Positions 12,915 to 24,050 of a stretch of DNA of 64,000 nucleotides are shown piece by piece. This DNA comes from Tricharina praecox (taxonomy: Eukaryota): NCBI RefSeq assembly GCF_024521635.1, contig NW_026250407.1, forward strand, positions 1,488,001 through 1,552,000, in the 5' to 3' direction. A program made the position numbers and the translations under genes. Positions within the stretch are counted from its first letter, which is position 1. Every line of letters starts with the position of its first letter. The notes beneath the pieces are model-generated. The model had not been told where the DNA came from. It saw only the letters and a list, made by a program, of their open reading frames with translations, and made no database searches.

Positions 12915-13272
12915 GATTGCTGAGGCGTTGGACACTGGAAATATTTGGTCTCGGGAAGCTCTTATATGCCATCCCAATCCCAATGCCGAGGCGGCTACTG
13001 CAAGCTGGACCAAAGGTACCCATCACACTCTCTCTCCCCAGGTGAGTTATCCAGGGCAATTACCCCCGGCTATCTCCCGCAAGCTGGGGCCGCAGCGAGG
13101 CGTCCTGGTAAGCCAGTTGACATTTGAATCCCAAGGCTCAAACCCGATAATCCCAAAGCATCTGTTGAACTCGCCCGCTTAATTGAGACCTGGGGAAACA
13201 GGGGGGTGGGGGCTGGGTTAACCTGTTTACGGCTTGGCAACGCCTTTTTTCTTCCCAACTCATAGGCGGGTG

Positions 13273-13318
13273 CGGAGCACTTCCGGGGCACTTAGCAATC
13301 TACCACGGAGCGGACCCG
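13273..13318. promoter_or_regulatory. Two CGG-N7-CCG putative Zn2Cys6 sites upstream of the permease
   Basis: CGGAGCACTTCCG (13273-13285) and CGGAGCGGACCCG (13306-13318), about 360-400 bp before the ATG at 12914. Confidence 0.65.
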
Positions 13319-15207
13319 TGGAAAGGATTTTTTCTTGTCCTCCATTGACCCGCATGTGTGCTGAAGCGCGTCTATCCAATCGAATCGCTTGAGTAATCTT
13401 CAAAGTTCAGCCTTTGGGGCTGCGGTACCGAGTGAAGCATGATGTCGAACTGCGGGCAAAGCCTATGATAGAAGGTGAGACGGTGTCTATCCCATAGCTC
13501 TGGGTCAGGCAAATCTGATTGTGCAGCCTCCCCCGCGTTGGTTTCAGAACCCTCGGCTCTTTCTACCACTTGCTGCTTGCCGCATAAGCGGAAGCGACCT
13601 CGAACTTCCGCGTTGTATCATTGCCGCGGTCATAACTGCCTTCCGCCTCGAGCTCAATCATCAATGCAGATTCCCGGCGGGCCCAAATTGCCAAGCTGTT
13701 GGAAAAGCGCAACAAAGCCCCCGAATTCCAATAGAATGTTCTCAGCCACCTCGCCATCAGCAAAAGCAAATGTATGTTGCTTGCCCAGTCGAGCACGCGA
13801 GCTCGGCCATCTGGGCGAGGAGGCAGCCGGAGCAGTTCCGGACTCGTGGTCTGGATGCACCCAGCAAATGGACTAGTTTCCGCCTCCTCCTCCTCCAAGT
13901 CTGCATCTGCGTCACCGTATCACCGTATCACCAGTATGATGTATCCTCGTACGCACACTCCCAACTCATAATTCGTGGAACAAATCGGTTCCAGGTGAGA
14001 GGATCTGCCTTGCCTTGCATACGTGTAACTGTAGATATGTATGTTCTCCACAGAATATCCATCTACACTTCCAAGCATCGCCGGAAAGTAGGTATCACAC
14101 GAAGATTACCACCTCCAAAGGTCGAATACCAAATTATTCCCAGCGCAGCTTCAGACAACACTCTAATTTACCCCATCCCAGGCTACGCGTGTTCTACATA
14201 CAGGTATGTACATACCCGAGTCTTTACTCGTTACTCGTATTATCATACCTGCAAACCGTGCACACCGTGCACTGGGATCCGACACCGGTAGTTAGTTGGA
14301 CTATGCTACCCCGGCCAACCCCGCGCCCCCCACAAAAATGCGGGGAAGACTAGCGCCGAACCCCGGATGAGCCTCCCCCCGTCTCATCTACCATTCCAGT
14401 CATGAGTGGCCCGCCACGGAAGAAATATTGAAAATCCGGACAACTAAATCGGTTCTGCATTGTGGAGTATGGTCAGCTCCTGTGTACGGTAGGTAGTACG
14501 GTAGTGTATGTACGCTCGGTGTCTGCACTGCTCTCGATTCGATTCCGTATATGCACCCTCCACAGGAGTTCGGAGCAATGAGGAGGCGAGGAGGATGAAT
14601 GGGCTTTGCGGTGCATTGTCCGGTCGAAATGTGATTTAATTGGCGTGTGACCAGAGAAATTATGAAATTCGATTAGTTAGCAAGGCAATCCTAAGCTCAC
14701 TCCGTAAGAACTCCACATGAGTAACCAGTCGGTTTTCCGTAGCCAGGCAAATTGCATTCAAGACGTCGAGCTGTAAGGTTTTGATATCTATTACAACTAA
14801 CTACGGTCACAGAACCGTGAACACACGGCTTCCCGTCCGCTCAGCCCTAGTTAAGCATGGTATCGCCAGGTTAATACTGCAGTGGGTGACCATGCGGGAA
14901 TCCCTGGTACCGTAATTTTTGTTTTGCCTTTGCATCGAAGAGCAAAAGTTTGATTTTTGATACTCCATCTGTCTATAAAGAAGGCGGAACGATTTCTTTC
15001 CTTTGAGTTTCAGAGAGAAAAGTATTTTCATGCATCTGTCCATCGATATAAACATAGAAACCGTTTTACGGAATATAGACACACTCCCGTAAATGATCAG
15101 GAGTTCATGAAATTGCTGAAATATCCACAAAGAAGCAAAGCAGCCCGAAATTCAAAGCCATATCTACATCCACACACGCCAGTGGTCCAACCCGGCTAAC
15201 CCCACCA

Positions 15208-16803
15208 TCAAAACTTCAGAATCAAGTCGAGTTGTGTGTTGGCCTGTGCAAAGTTACTCCGTCAGCGATCCTCGATCCGAGGAAGGGGAAGAGAGGGGGA
15301 GGAAGAGAGGGTGGGGGCATACATGAGCGATAGCATCGTGACCAAACAGCCACGGCTGAAACTCAGGATCCGACCATCGGTTGGGGTTTGACTTGACCAG
15401 CTTCTGCTGCTTAAGTTGCGCGGCAACCCTATCCTCATCTGTGGCACCCATCTCCATCTTCATATCGGCATCGCGGGCCAGCTGCTCCGGGCCATCGGGC
15501 ATGTGCCAGATGTCACCGTTCTCCATCGAGCCCTTTTGGATCTTTTCGCAGCGCGGCTTCCGGATCGTCTGGAAGGCGGCAAGAACCGCGGGGAGGTCAC
15601 TGCTATCCCGTGCGCGCGAAATGCATTCCGCCAATGACGCACCGTCTTCGATTGCTTGTCCCGCGCCCTGTGGGGTGTTAGAAGCTGACTGGGCATCGTG
15701 GGGCTGGGGATGGGGGTGGGGGTGCAAACCTGAGCGAGGTAGGGCACCATAGCGTGTGCGGCATCTCCGATCAATACCACTCTTCCGGATTTGCTCACCC
15801 ACCGCGGCAGGACGGGGAGGTCCGCCAGCGTCCACTTAAGACAATACTCGACCTTCTCGAGAACCTTGCAGATAACCGGATCCCATCCTTTGTACTGTGC
15901 CTTCATCTCGTCGAGGTTCCCCGGCTCGTTCCACTTTCCTACTGCCGCCTTGCCCGGATGCGACATGACGAGATTGTACAGCTTACCCTCCTGGATGGGG
16001 TAGGCCATGATGTGCCGGCGGTAACCAATCCAGCAGTTGGAGGAGGCTTCATCCATCAGGTGCCGGACTTCGGGGTCGGCGCGCATGATCTCTCCGGGGA
16101 CGGTGGCACGGTAGGCGCAGTTGGTGGTGGTCCGGGGTTCGACGGTTTCCTCGGTGACGACGGCGCACTCGCGGACGCGGGAGCGGATACCTATCTACGG
16201 AGTTATTACAGCCCCAGAATATAAAGGAAGAATTGGATGTTCGCTGACCATCGGCTCCGATAATTACGTCTGCTTTTAGGACGGTTCCATCGTGGAGCGT
16301 CACAGTGACATTTTCCTGATCGACGTCCTGGACGTAGGCTCCGAGTGTTATTGTGGCTCCCTCGGCGAGAGCAGCATCGTGGAGCATCCGCTGGTAGTCA
16401 GCTCGGTGAATGAGCCAGTAGCTGTACCTCCCGTCAGCCAAACAACTTTCGAAGACCCAGCTGCACGATCTACTCACGGATATCCATAAGTCTTCGTCAT
16501 CTTAGGATCCAGTGGCGTAACGCCGATCACATCACCATCCTGGTACCGCCTCATGTTGATGTTCTTCGGCCACACAACTTTCTTGAGCAGCTGCTCCTTC
16601 AACCCCCAGCTCTGCAGCAGCCGGCTGCTATTCGGCGGGATCTGAATACCAGCTCCAACCTCCTTGAGCTCCGAGGCGCCCTCAAGCACGTGGACGGCAT
16701 GGCCTTTCTTCCGCAGGGCGACGGCAGTCGCAAGACCTCCGAGGCCAGCACCGACGATGATGATGCTGAAAGGAGCTTTTTTGGCGGCGTCACTGCTAGG
16801 CAT
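15208..16803 (-). CDS. Group A FAD-dependent aromatic hydroxylase (salicylate hydroxylase / 3-hydroxybenzoate 6-hydroxylase-like), 5 exons
   Basis: IIIVGAGLGGL Rossmann motif, EVGAGIQIPPNS, IHRADY, IIGADG, VVLIGDAAHAMVPYLAQGAGQAIEDG. Last exon ANTQLDLILKF*, stop at 15208-15210. Confidence 0.93.
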
Positions 16804-17433
16804 TTTGGCTGTGATTGATCGTACGGGGAAAGGAAAGGATGTCTTGTTTCTGAGAGCTGTTAGTGACGACGAAGGAAAGGATGCGTGTATTTAAGCCATC
16901 ACATAATAGCTTCGACATCTCGCAGGAGACCGAAGTTCCTGTCGCCTGCAGTGGCAGAACTCCGCTGCCTGTCCCAGAGCGCCGGAGCACTCCCGTATCA
17001 AGTCTGTGAGCCTGGTTGGCGAGATGTCAAGACAGTCCAGCGTTTCTTAGTCGCGTGTTCTGCATAGCGGGATTCCGGAATTGGGATGTTCAGATGGGCT
17101 GTCAACTTCAATGATCACGCTTTGATGGATAGTGCGAAACTGTGGGGCGCATAGCGGTGCTGGGGATAGTGGGGTAGGGATATACATAGCTCGGATCGTT
17201 CCGCTTCGTAGCTGGAGGCCGGCCTAACCGTGTAGCTCCCCACAAGCTGGCGGAAACAACGCCATGGAGAAACCTCCAGACAAGAAGGATGTGATAATAA
17301 ATATACTCACGCCGACTCAAGCTTTACTTTCTTTTTTCACTTTGCTTACTCTTTTCCCCCCAAGTAACTCCGAACCTGGTCGATCAGCTCTCCTCACTCG
17401 CATAGCAAACCTCACTGACTCGAATATTTCACC
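16804..17433. promoter_or_regulatory. Divergent promoter of the hydroxylase and dioxygenase genes
   Basis: 630 bp between head-to-head ATGs. Contains CGGAGCACTCCCG (16983-16995), near-match TGGCAGAACTCCG (16952-16964), CGGATCGTTCCG (17192-17203), several SYGGRG (CreA-like) hexamers, and TATA-like AT runs near 16889 and 17296. Confidence 0.65.
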
Positions 17434-18581
17434 ATGACCAACGTCGACGCCGAAAAGATCGCAAAGGTATGTCTCGGGCCGTCTCGAGACATTCGAGTGG
17501 TTACTAACTAGCACTTAATAGTGCGAGAAATTCATCACCGAGACACTCCCACCGCACAATGTCTCCCCGCTTTGGACTGTGATGGACGCGGTAGTCCCAC
17601 CGTTTCCAAACCCGAAGGCGGTCCCGCATCTTTGGAGTTACAAAGAGCTGCGACCAATCCTCCTCGAAGCTGGCGAGTTGGTAGCAGCAGAGGAAGCCGA
17701 ACGGCGAGTGTTGATGCTCATCAACCCCGTGTTGAGTGTGTTCCCACGCCCTCATACTCATATAGTATTGCTAACCACTCCCCCCCCCCCAGAGGCGCCG
17801 AATACAACCGACACCCTCTATGCGGGGTTGCAGCTAATCCTGCCCGGCGAGACGGCACCCGCACACCGGCACGTAGCATTCGCACTGCGGTTTATCATCG
17901 AGGGAGAGCGAGGGTTTACAGCGATCGACGGAAAGAAGATCAATATGGAGCGCGGCGATGTGATTTTGACGCCGAAGTGGACGTATCACGATCACGGACA
18001 CGACGGGACCGGTCCGATGATCTGGCTGGATGGGCTTGATCTCCCCGTGTATCAGTTCTTGCCCGTCAATTTTGCCCAGGGATACTCGGAGTCGCGGTAT
18101 CCGAGCGAGTATGCTCCCCTTATTCTCTCCCCCCTCGAAAGAGAGAACTAGCTGATGAATGAATGAAAGGCCGGTCGAAACCTCGCCCTCGAAATACCCC
18201 TGGGCCCCTGTCCAGGCCGCTCTCGACTCGCAGTCCGGCCCATACGCGAAATTTACCTACCAAGGTGGCTTCGCCGGCGGACACGTGTCGCAGATCATCG
18301 GAGCCCACGCAGAGCGCGTCGATGCGGGAACACAGTCGCCGCCCCGCCAGGAATCCAGCTCGTTCGTGTTCCATGTTTACCAAGGCAATGGATACACTCT
18401 GGTCGGCGAAGGAGAGCAGCAGAAGAAGCTGGTGTGGACGCAGTCGGATGTCTTCGCGGTGCCTCATTGGAGGAAGATCGTGCATGTCGTCGGTGAGGGA
18501 GAGACGGCGTATTTGTTTAGTTTTTCGGATACCCCGATGTTGAGTAATTTGGGGAGCTGGAGGGAAAATAAGTTTGAGTAG
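17434..18581 (+). CDS. Gentisate 1,2-dioxygenase-like bicupin ring-cleaving dioxygenase, 4 exons
   Basis: PLW..PFPNPKAVPHLWSY, EEAERRVLMLINP, TTDTLYAGLQLILPGETAPAHRH, GDVILTPKWTYHDHGH, WLDGLDLP, DVFAVPHW, YLFSFSDTP. The HxH...H iron ligands are present. Introns at about 17467-17521, 17736-17792 and 18109-18169. Confidence 0.93.
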
Positions 18582-19193
18582 GGTGCTTTTGGATAGTCTT
18601 TTAGGGTTTTTTTTGTATTTGGATTTGGGGTCTTGTTTTGATAACTATTCAACGAGAAATATGATTGAAGTTTAATTCAAGCTGTGCTGTGTGCTGCGGA
18701 TACTGATCTCACGATGTATTTTCCTCTGTTTTTGGCCAAGAATAGTACTGAGTGGCCAACATCCGTGTACCATGCCTCTGGATGAGACACAATGACGCGA
18801 ATTACCTTAATGCCGAAGAGTTCCACTCCACTCCACTTACTCTCGAACCTCTCAAACTACAAGTCCCATAGTGATCACCTCATCGCCAGCCAGTTTCCAG
18901 AGAAACCCATTCCATCCGTCACGTCATCATAGCTACCGTAGTATCCGCAAGCTAAACCCTCACTGCCGGCCTGCGTCCCGCGCCCACAGAAACGCGCTAT
19001 CTCTTCCTCCGTCGATGGATGAATCGCAATCCAGGATGATCCTCCGCGAACGATTCTCCGCGAAACTCCGCGAAAAAAAAACGTGGGGCAAGCTCATCGC
19101 TCCCCGCATGATCATAATTCCCCGCACTGCGCACCGCGCGCCGGATAGTTAGCCTTATCCTGGTCCCTGCATTCCGCACCACCCCCCCTGTCA

Positions 19194-19231
19194 CGGAACC
19201 ATTCCGCTGTCGCTTGGCCGGAGATGAGCCG
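19194..19231. promoter_or_regulatory. Two CGG-N7-CCG putative Zn2Cys6 sites upstream of the FAH-family gene
   Basis: CGGAACCATTCCG (19194-19206) and CGGAGATGAGCCG (19219-19231). Confidence 0.65.
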
Positions 19232-19474
19232 AGCGAGCGCGGGTCCGGTGCAGGGGGGGAGGGAGGGGCCACTCGGGCCGATGAGGTCGGTCATGGAGGG
19301 GGAGGGAGTTGATGTTGAAGGATTGGAGACGGGCGAAGGAAGACATAAAAGCTTCCCGCTTCCAGTTTCAAACATGGATCCATAGAACAATCGCCCACCA
19401 TTCTCTCCCTCACCTCCAAGCTCTTACACATCTCTTCCCGCCGTCCCCTCCGTCTCACCACCGCAACACGCACA

Positions 19475-20411
19475 ATGGTAACCTGGACGCGCCTCATCCG
19501 CTTCGTCAGCGCCACCGACGGAAAGACCTACAACGGAGAGCCCATCGTCAACGGCGCTGAGGTCGACGTAGCGAAGCTTTTCAAAGCTGGCTCGCTCCAG
19601 GCACGCATCATCACGGGCGACGATATATTTTCCGATGATGCGAAGATCGCCGACGAGGCTGTTGATGTGAAGGAACTCCTCGGCCCCCTCACCGAGGAGC
19701 AGGTTCCGATCATCAGATGTGTCGGATTGAACTACATGAAGCACAGTGAGTCCTCCGCCTGCCGCCAGAAGAGAGAACCTAGCCTAACAATGAACAGTCC
19801 AGGAAGCCGGCCGCACACCACCGCCGTACCCCAGCATCTTCATCAAGCCGTCGACGTCCGTCGGCGGCTGGGGCGAAGAAATTCCAATCCCGAAGCTCGC
19901 ACAGGACGACCAATGCGACTACGAAGGCGAGTTGACCATCGTGATCGGCAAAGACGGCAAAAACATCCCCGAGGACCGCGTGCATGAGTACATCGCCGGC
20001 TATGTCACCAGCAACGACGTGTCGGCGCGCAAGTGGCAGCGCGAGAAGGCGTATGCCGGCGGCGTCCCGCAGTTCTGCTTCTCCAAGGGATTCGATAAAT
20101 ACGCGCCCCTCGGGCCCGCTATCGTCGCCGGCCCTACCGTCGGCGACGCCGGTGAACTCCGCTTGACTACCAAGGTCAATGGTGAACTCAGGCAGGATAC
20201 CAATACCAACGATCTCATCTTCAACATCCCGCGGATTATTGCGTTCATCTCGCAGGGAACCACACTGAAGAAGGGCAGTCTGATCATGACTGGTACCCCG
20301 AGTGGTGTGGGAATGGGCATGAGCCCGCCGCAGTATCTGAAGGATGGGGACGTTGTCGAGATCGAGATTGAGAAGCTGGGCACTTTGTATAATACCATCA
20401 AGTTCGAGTAG
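19475..20411 (+). CDS. Fumarylacetoacetate hydrolase family protein (fumarylpyruvate/acylpyruvate hydrolase-like), 2 exons
   Basis: WTRLIRF, IRCVGLNYMKH, PSIFIKP, DYEGELTIVIGK, NDVSARKWQ, FSKGFDKYAPLGP, IMTGTPSGVG. Intron at about 19746-19797. Confidence 0.93.
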
Positions 20412-21059
20412 AGGGTCGAAGTTTGGGTAGATTGGGTTTTGGAATATACGGCGTTTTGTTTGGCATTCATATCACTCGTGCCTCCCTCCGTGAAGTTGTG
20501 ATACATTCTCTTGAGTCAACGACAATTACTCTTCTAGCCCATCACACACAACACGGATTGATACCTGTTCTCAGCTCCCAGTAATGCGCTTGATCAAGAA
20601 ACCATCGCGGCGGGATTCGAGTGAAAAGTCGTATTCGGTGTACTCGAGCCTGTAGAGGCCTAGGTGAGAGAGTTGATCCGTCTTCCCGGAAGCCCGAGTC
20701 ATGTTGCCAGGCTTAATGGCAGTGGTAGGAACAATGGCTCCTTACACTCTGCTGCTGTACCCCGTGCTCCTGGCAGTTTCTTAACCCCCCTCATCGCGTT
20801 CTCATCATGTAGCACCCATCCATTCCGGACCGATGATCGGGTACCCACGCCGGGTCACCGGTGATCGTAGCTATCTCCGATGTCTGGCTCACTGGTTTCC
20901 GTCGGTCCGTTCTCCGCTCCCAGATGGGGGGACCCGACGTCTCACGTACAGGGTAGATAGGAGAAATGATGACTGACATCGTGGAGAAGTACTCATGCTG
21001 AAAGTTACGGAGAGTGTTCTGTGATGACGCAAATACCACTGATCACTCGGAAAACCTTC

Positions 21060-21905
21060 GAGCAGTGAGGCACCAAGAAGTGAATGAGGCTTGCAGGAGT
21101 GAATGAGTATCGGAAGATTGATTGAGCCTCGAAGGAGTGAATGACGCTCGAAGGAGTGATTGAGGCTCGCAAGACTGAGTGACGCTCGGAGGAGTGAATG
21201 AGTCTCGAAGGAGTGAGAATGAGTGAATGAGCCTCGGAAGATTGAATGGGACTCGTAGGAGTGAGTGACACTCGGAGGAGTGAATGAGACTCGCAAGAGT
21301 GAATGAAGCTCGACAGAGCGAATGGAGTGGATGAGTCTCGGAAGAGTGAATGAGCCTCGCAGGTATGAATGAGTCTCAAAGAAGTGAATGAGCCTCGAAG
21401 AAGTGAATGAGACTCGCAAGAGTGAGAAAGAGTGATTGAGTCTCAAAGGAGTGAATGAGAATGAATGGGTCTCGGAAGAGTGAATGAGCCTCGATGAAGT
21501 GAATGAAGCTTGCAGGTGTGAGAAGGAGTGATTGAGGCTCGAAAGGGTGAATGAAGCTCGGAGGAGTGAATGAGACCCGACAGACTGAATGGAGTAAATG
21601 AGTCTTGAAGAAGTGAATGAGTCTTGGAAGAGTGAGTGAGCCTCGGAGGAGTGAATGAGTCTTGCGAGACTGAATGAAGCTCGGGGTGAGTGGGAAGAGG
21701 TGAACGAAGCTCGAAAGAGTGAATGAGTCTCGAAGGTGTGAAAGAGGCTCGAAGGGTTAATGAGTCTCGATGAAGTGAATGAGCCTCGCAGGACTGAATG
21801 AGTCTCGAAGAAGCGAGTGAGGATGAATGAAGCTCGAAGGAGTGATTGAGGGTCGGAGGAGTGAATGAAGCTCGGAGGAGTGAATGAAGCTCGGAGAAGT
21901 GAATA
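21060..21905. repeat. Degenerate 19-bp minisatellite (about 40-45 units), consensus GAGTGAATGAGYCTCGAAG
   Basis: Consecutive units such as gagtgaatgacgctcgaag / gagtgattgaggctcgcaa / gactgagtgacgctcggag / gagtgaatgagtctcgaag, with occasional 8-10 bp partial units. Confidence 0.9.
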
Positions 21906-22353
21906 GGGCCTAGGTAGTAGGTCGCCATAGTCTACATAGCAAGGCCATCTGTGATAATAAAATTGATTCTCTCTCTCTGAACGGGGACTATGAGAGCATC
22001 GGGCCAGCCGCCTGCGCTCACGGGCAGTGGGATGAAGCCGGTTTTGTAAATTGCCATCAAGTCGGATAGAAAGCGACACTTGGGGAGTGACGGGAGTAAT
22101 GAGGCTGGGAACAGTGATTGAAGCCGAACAATGAACGAAGCATCCAAGGCCCCTATGGACCTCACCAGCACTACAGCTCTCGCCACTCATATGCGCTTGC
22201 AAATTGCCATCCATTAACACCGTGGAATCATTATATACACATTTCAACACACCCCACTCCATCAAATCAATTCCAATCAATTCCCAAACCCCAACTTTTC
22301 GCCATCGCAATCACCCTCCCCCCCCCCCCCCCCCCTTCGCATACCAGTAACTA

Positions 22354-24050
22354 TCACTGCCGTTTTGCGCCAAACCGATCCAGCGCAGCCCCCAAGCTCT
22401 TGGTGACGACGCCCCTACTCCTCTCCTGCCTGGCAACCTTGAGCTTCTCGAGCTTCTCCCTCCTCTCATCCCTCACATTCTTCCCGCTCTTCTTCCTGAG
22501 CATGCGTCTCAGCGCCGAGTTCCTTCCACGGGTACGGAACCTATCATCCTTCTCGAGGCCTTCCTGGAGTCTCCGTTCCTGGTCCGCCTCAAGGCGTTCC
22601 TTGGAGCGGTCCGCGTGGCGGGTATCGACGCGGCCGACGGCGTCAGGCTCCAGCTGGATCATTTCGGGCCTTAGCTTCTCGAGCAGCGCGCGGACCTCGG
22701 CCTCCTGCTTCGACTTCTTGGTGGCGTAGGGGTTGACCTCGAGGGCGTCGAAGTTTGGCTCGCCGGCGCCGGGGATGATGAGGGAGGAGAAGCCCTTGCT
22801 GTGCGAGGCGCCGAGGACATCGTCGAATGGGCAGAAGCGCAGCGAGTTGATCGTGGCGGACTCTTGGTGGTGCGAGAGGTACGGCGAGGTCTGTTTCGTC
22901 TTCAGCGCGTCTTTCCAGAGTGTGACATGTCCGCCCCAGCCCACCGCGAGCACCCCCGTGTCCGAGATCGCAAGCGTCGACGCCGGTGTCGGCGTGAAGT
23001 AGCTGTGCACCTCGCGCATCGTGCGGATGTCGAAGATGTTCATTCGGCTGTCGGCGCCGGCGGTCGCCATGTAGTACCCTCCTCGGTCCACGGCGACGGC
23101 GCGCACTGGGCCCTTGTTCGTCAACATTGTCACCAGTGGCGTCGACATGTTCGGCGACCACATCGTCACCGTGCCGTTCGCATGCCCCACGTTGATGATC
23201 GCGTTCCGGCGGTTCTGTGTCATCGCGGTCGGCGCGCCGAGTTTGGTCCGCAGTTCGGCGACGAGCGCTCCCGTAGATGTGTCTTGGTACTTGAGGTACC
23301 CCGCATTGCCGATCGTCGCGAGGAGGAAGTGGTACGGCAGGAACTCCATCGCTGTGACTTCGATGTGCTTCTTGAGACAGTGCACTTCCACTCCTTGCCG
23401 GTCGTAGATATAGACATACTTCTTCTGCGCGACCGCAAAGAACGACTCATTATGGAGCCACCTGTGTACCTAGTATCAGCCCCGCCCACCCCACCACCCC
23501 CTCTCTCACCCAGAACCCAGAAAACATACCTAACATCCCTCACCGTCTCCCCAAGCTGGAGTTCACACCCCAACCTCCCCTCCCTCCAATCCGTCGTCGC
23601 CACATGCCCCCTCCTGCCCGCAATAACCAGCTCCTTCCCATCCCTCGTATAATCCGCGTAATACGGCCCAAATTCCATCTCCAATCCAAACCCCTTTTCT
23701 GCCGTAGCAACATCAACCGCCTGCCGAATCTGCTCCTGTCCAACCTTCCACGTGCGCTCGAGCTCGCCCTCCGCCTCGATGAAGCCAGGCCCGGATTCGG
23801 GCCGCAGTAGCTCAGCGTCGGCGGCTGACGCCGCCGCGGACCGGTACCGCTCCTCGATCTTCCGCAGGGAGCCCCGAAGCTTCTTGTCCTTCGCGTTCGT
23901 CTTTGCGGATACGGCGCCGCGGCCGTAGGTCGCTTGTGCGGCGGAGAGTTCGGCGGGCGTTTTCGTGCTCAGTGAGGTCGGGTGCGACTTCGGGCGCGCG
24001 GGCTTGGAAGCGACGAGCGCTGTCGATTTGGAGGGCGGTGGTGATGCCAT
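22354..24050 (-). CDS. UTP7: U3 snoRNP/SSU processome WD40 protein Utp7 (WDR46/BING4), 2 exons
   Basis: FGPYYADYTRDG, WLHNESFFAVAQKK, FLPYHFLLA, LKYQDTSTG, GHANGTVTMWSP, and the BING4CT motif LRFCPFDDVLG..SSLIIPGAGEPNFDALEVNPY. Intron at about 23461-23529. Confidence 0.95.

Noticed and set aside
15208..20411. Similar C-termini of the three enzymes (LKF, KFE, KFE) as a targeting signal
   Set aside because: They do not match the PTS1 consensus and are probably coincidental.
21060..21905. CRISPR-like appearance of the repeat array
   Set aside because: The units are contiguous with no unique spacers, there are no cas genes, and the context is eukaryotic.
20889..22310. 473-aa minus-strand S/H/F/L-rich ORF
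   Set aside because: It runs through the 19-bp satellite, whose minus strand is poor in stop codons in all frames. A non-triplet period argues against coding.
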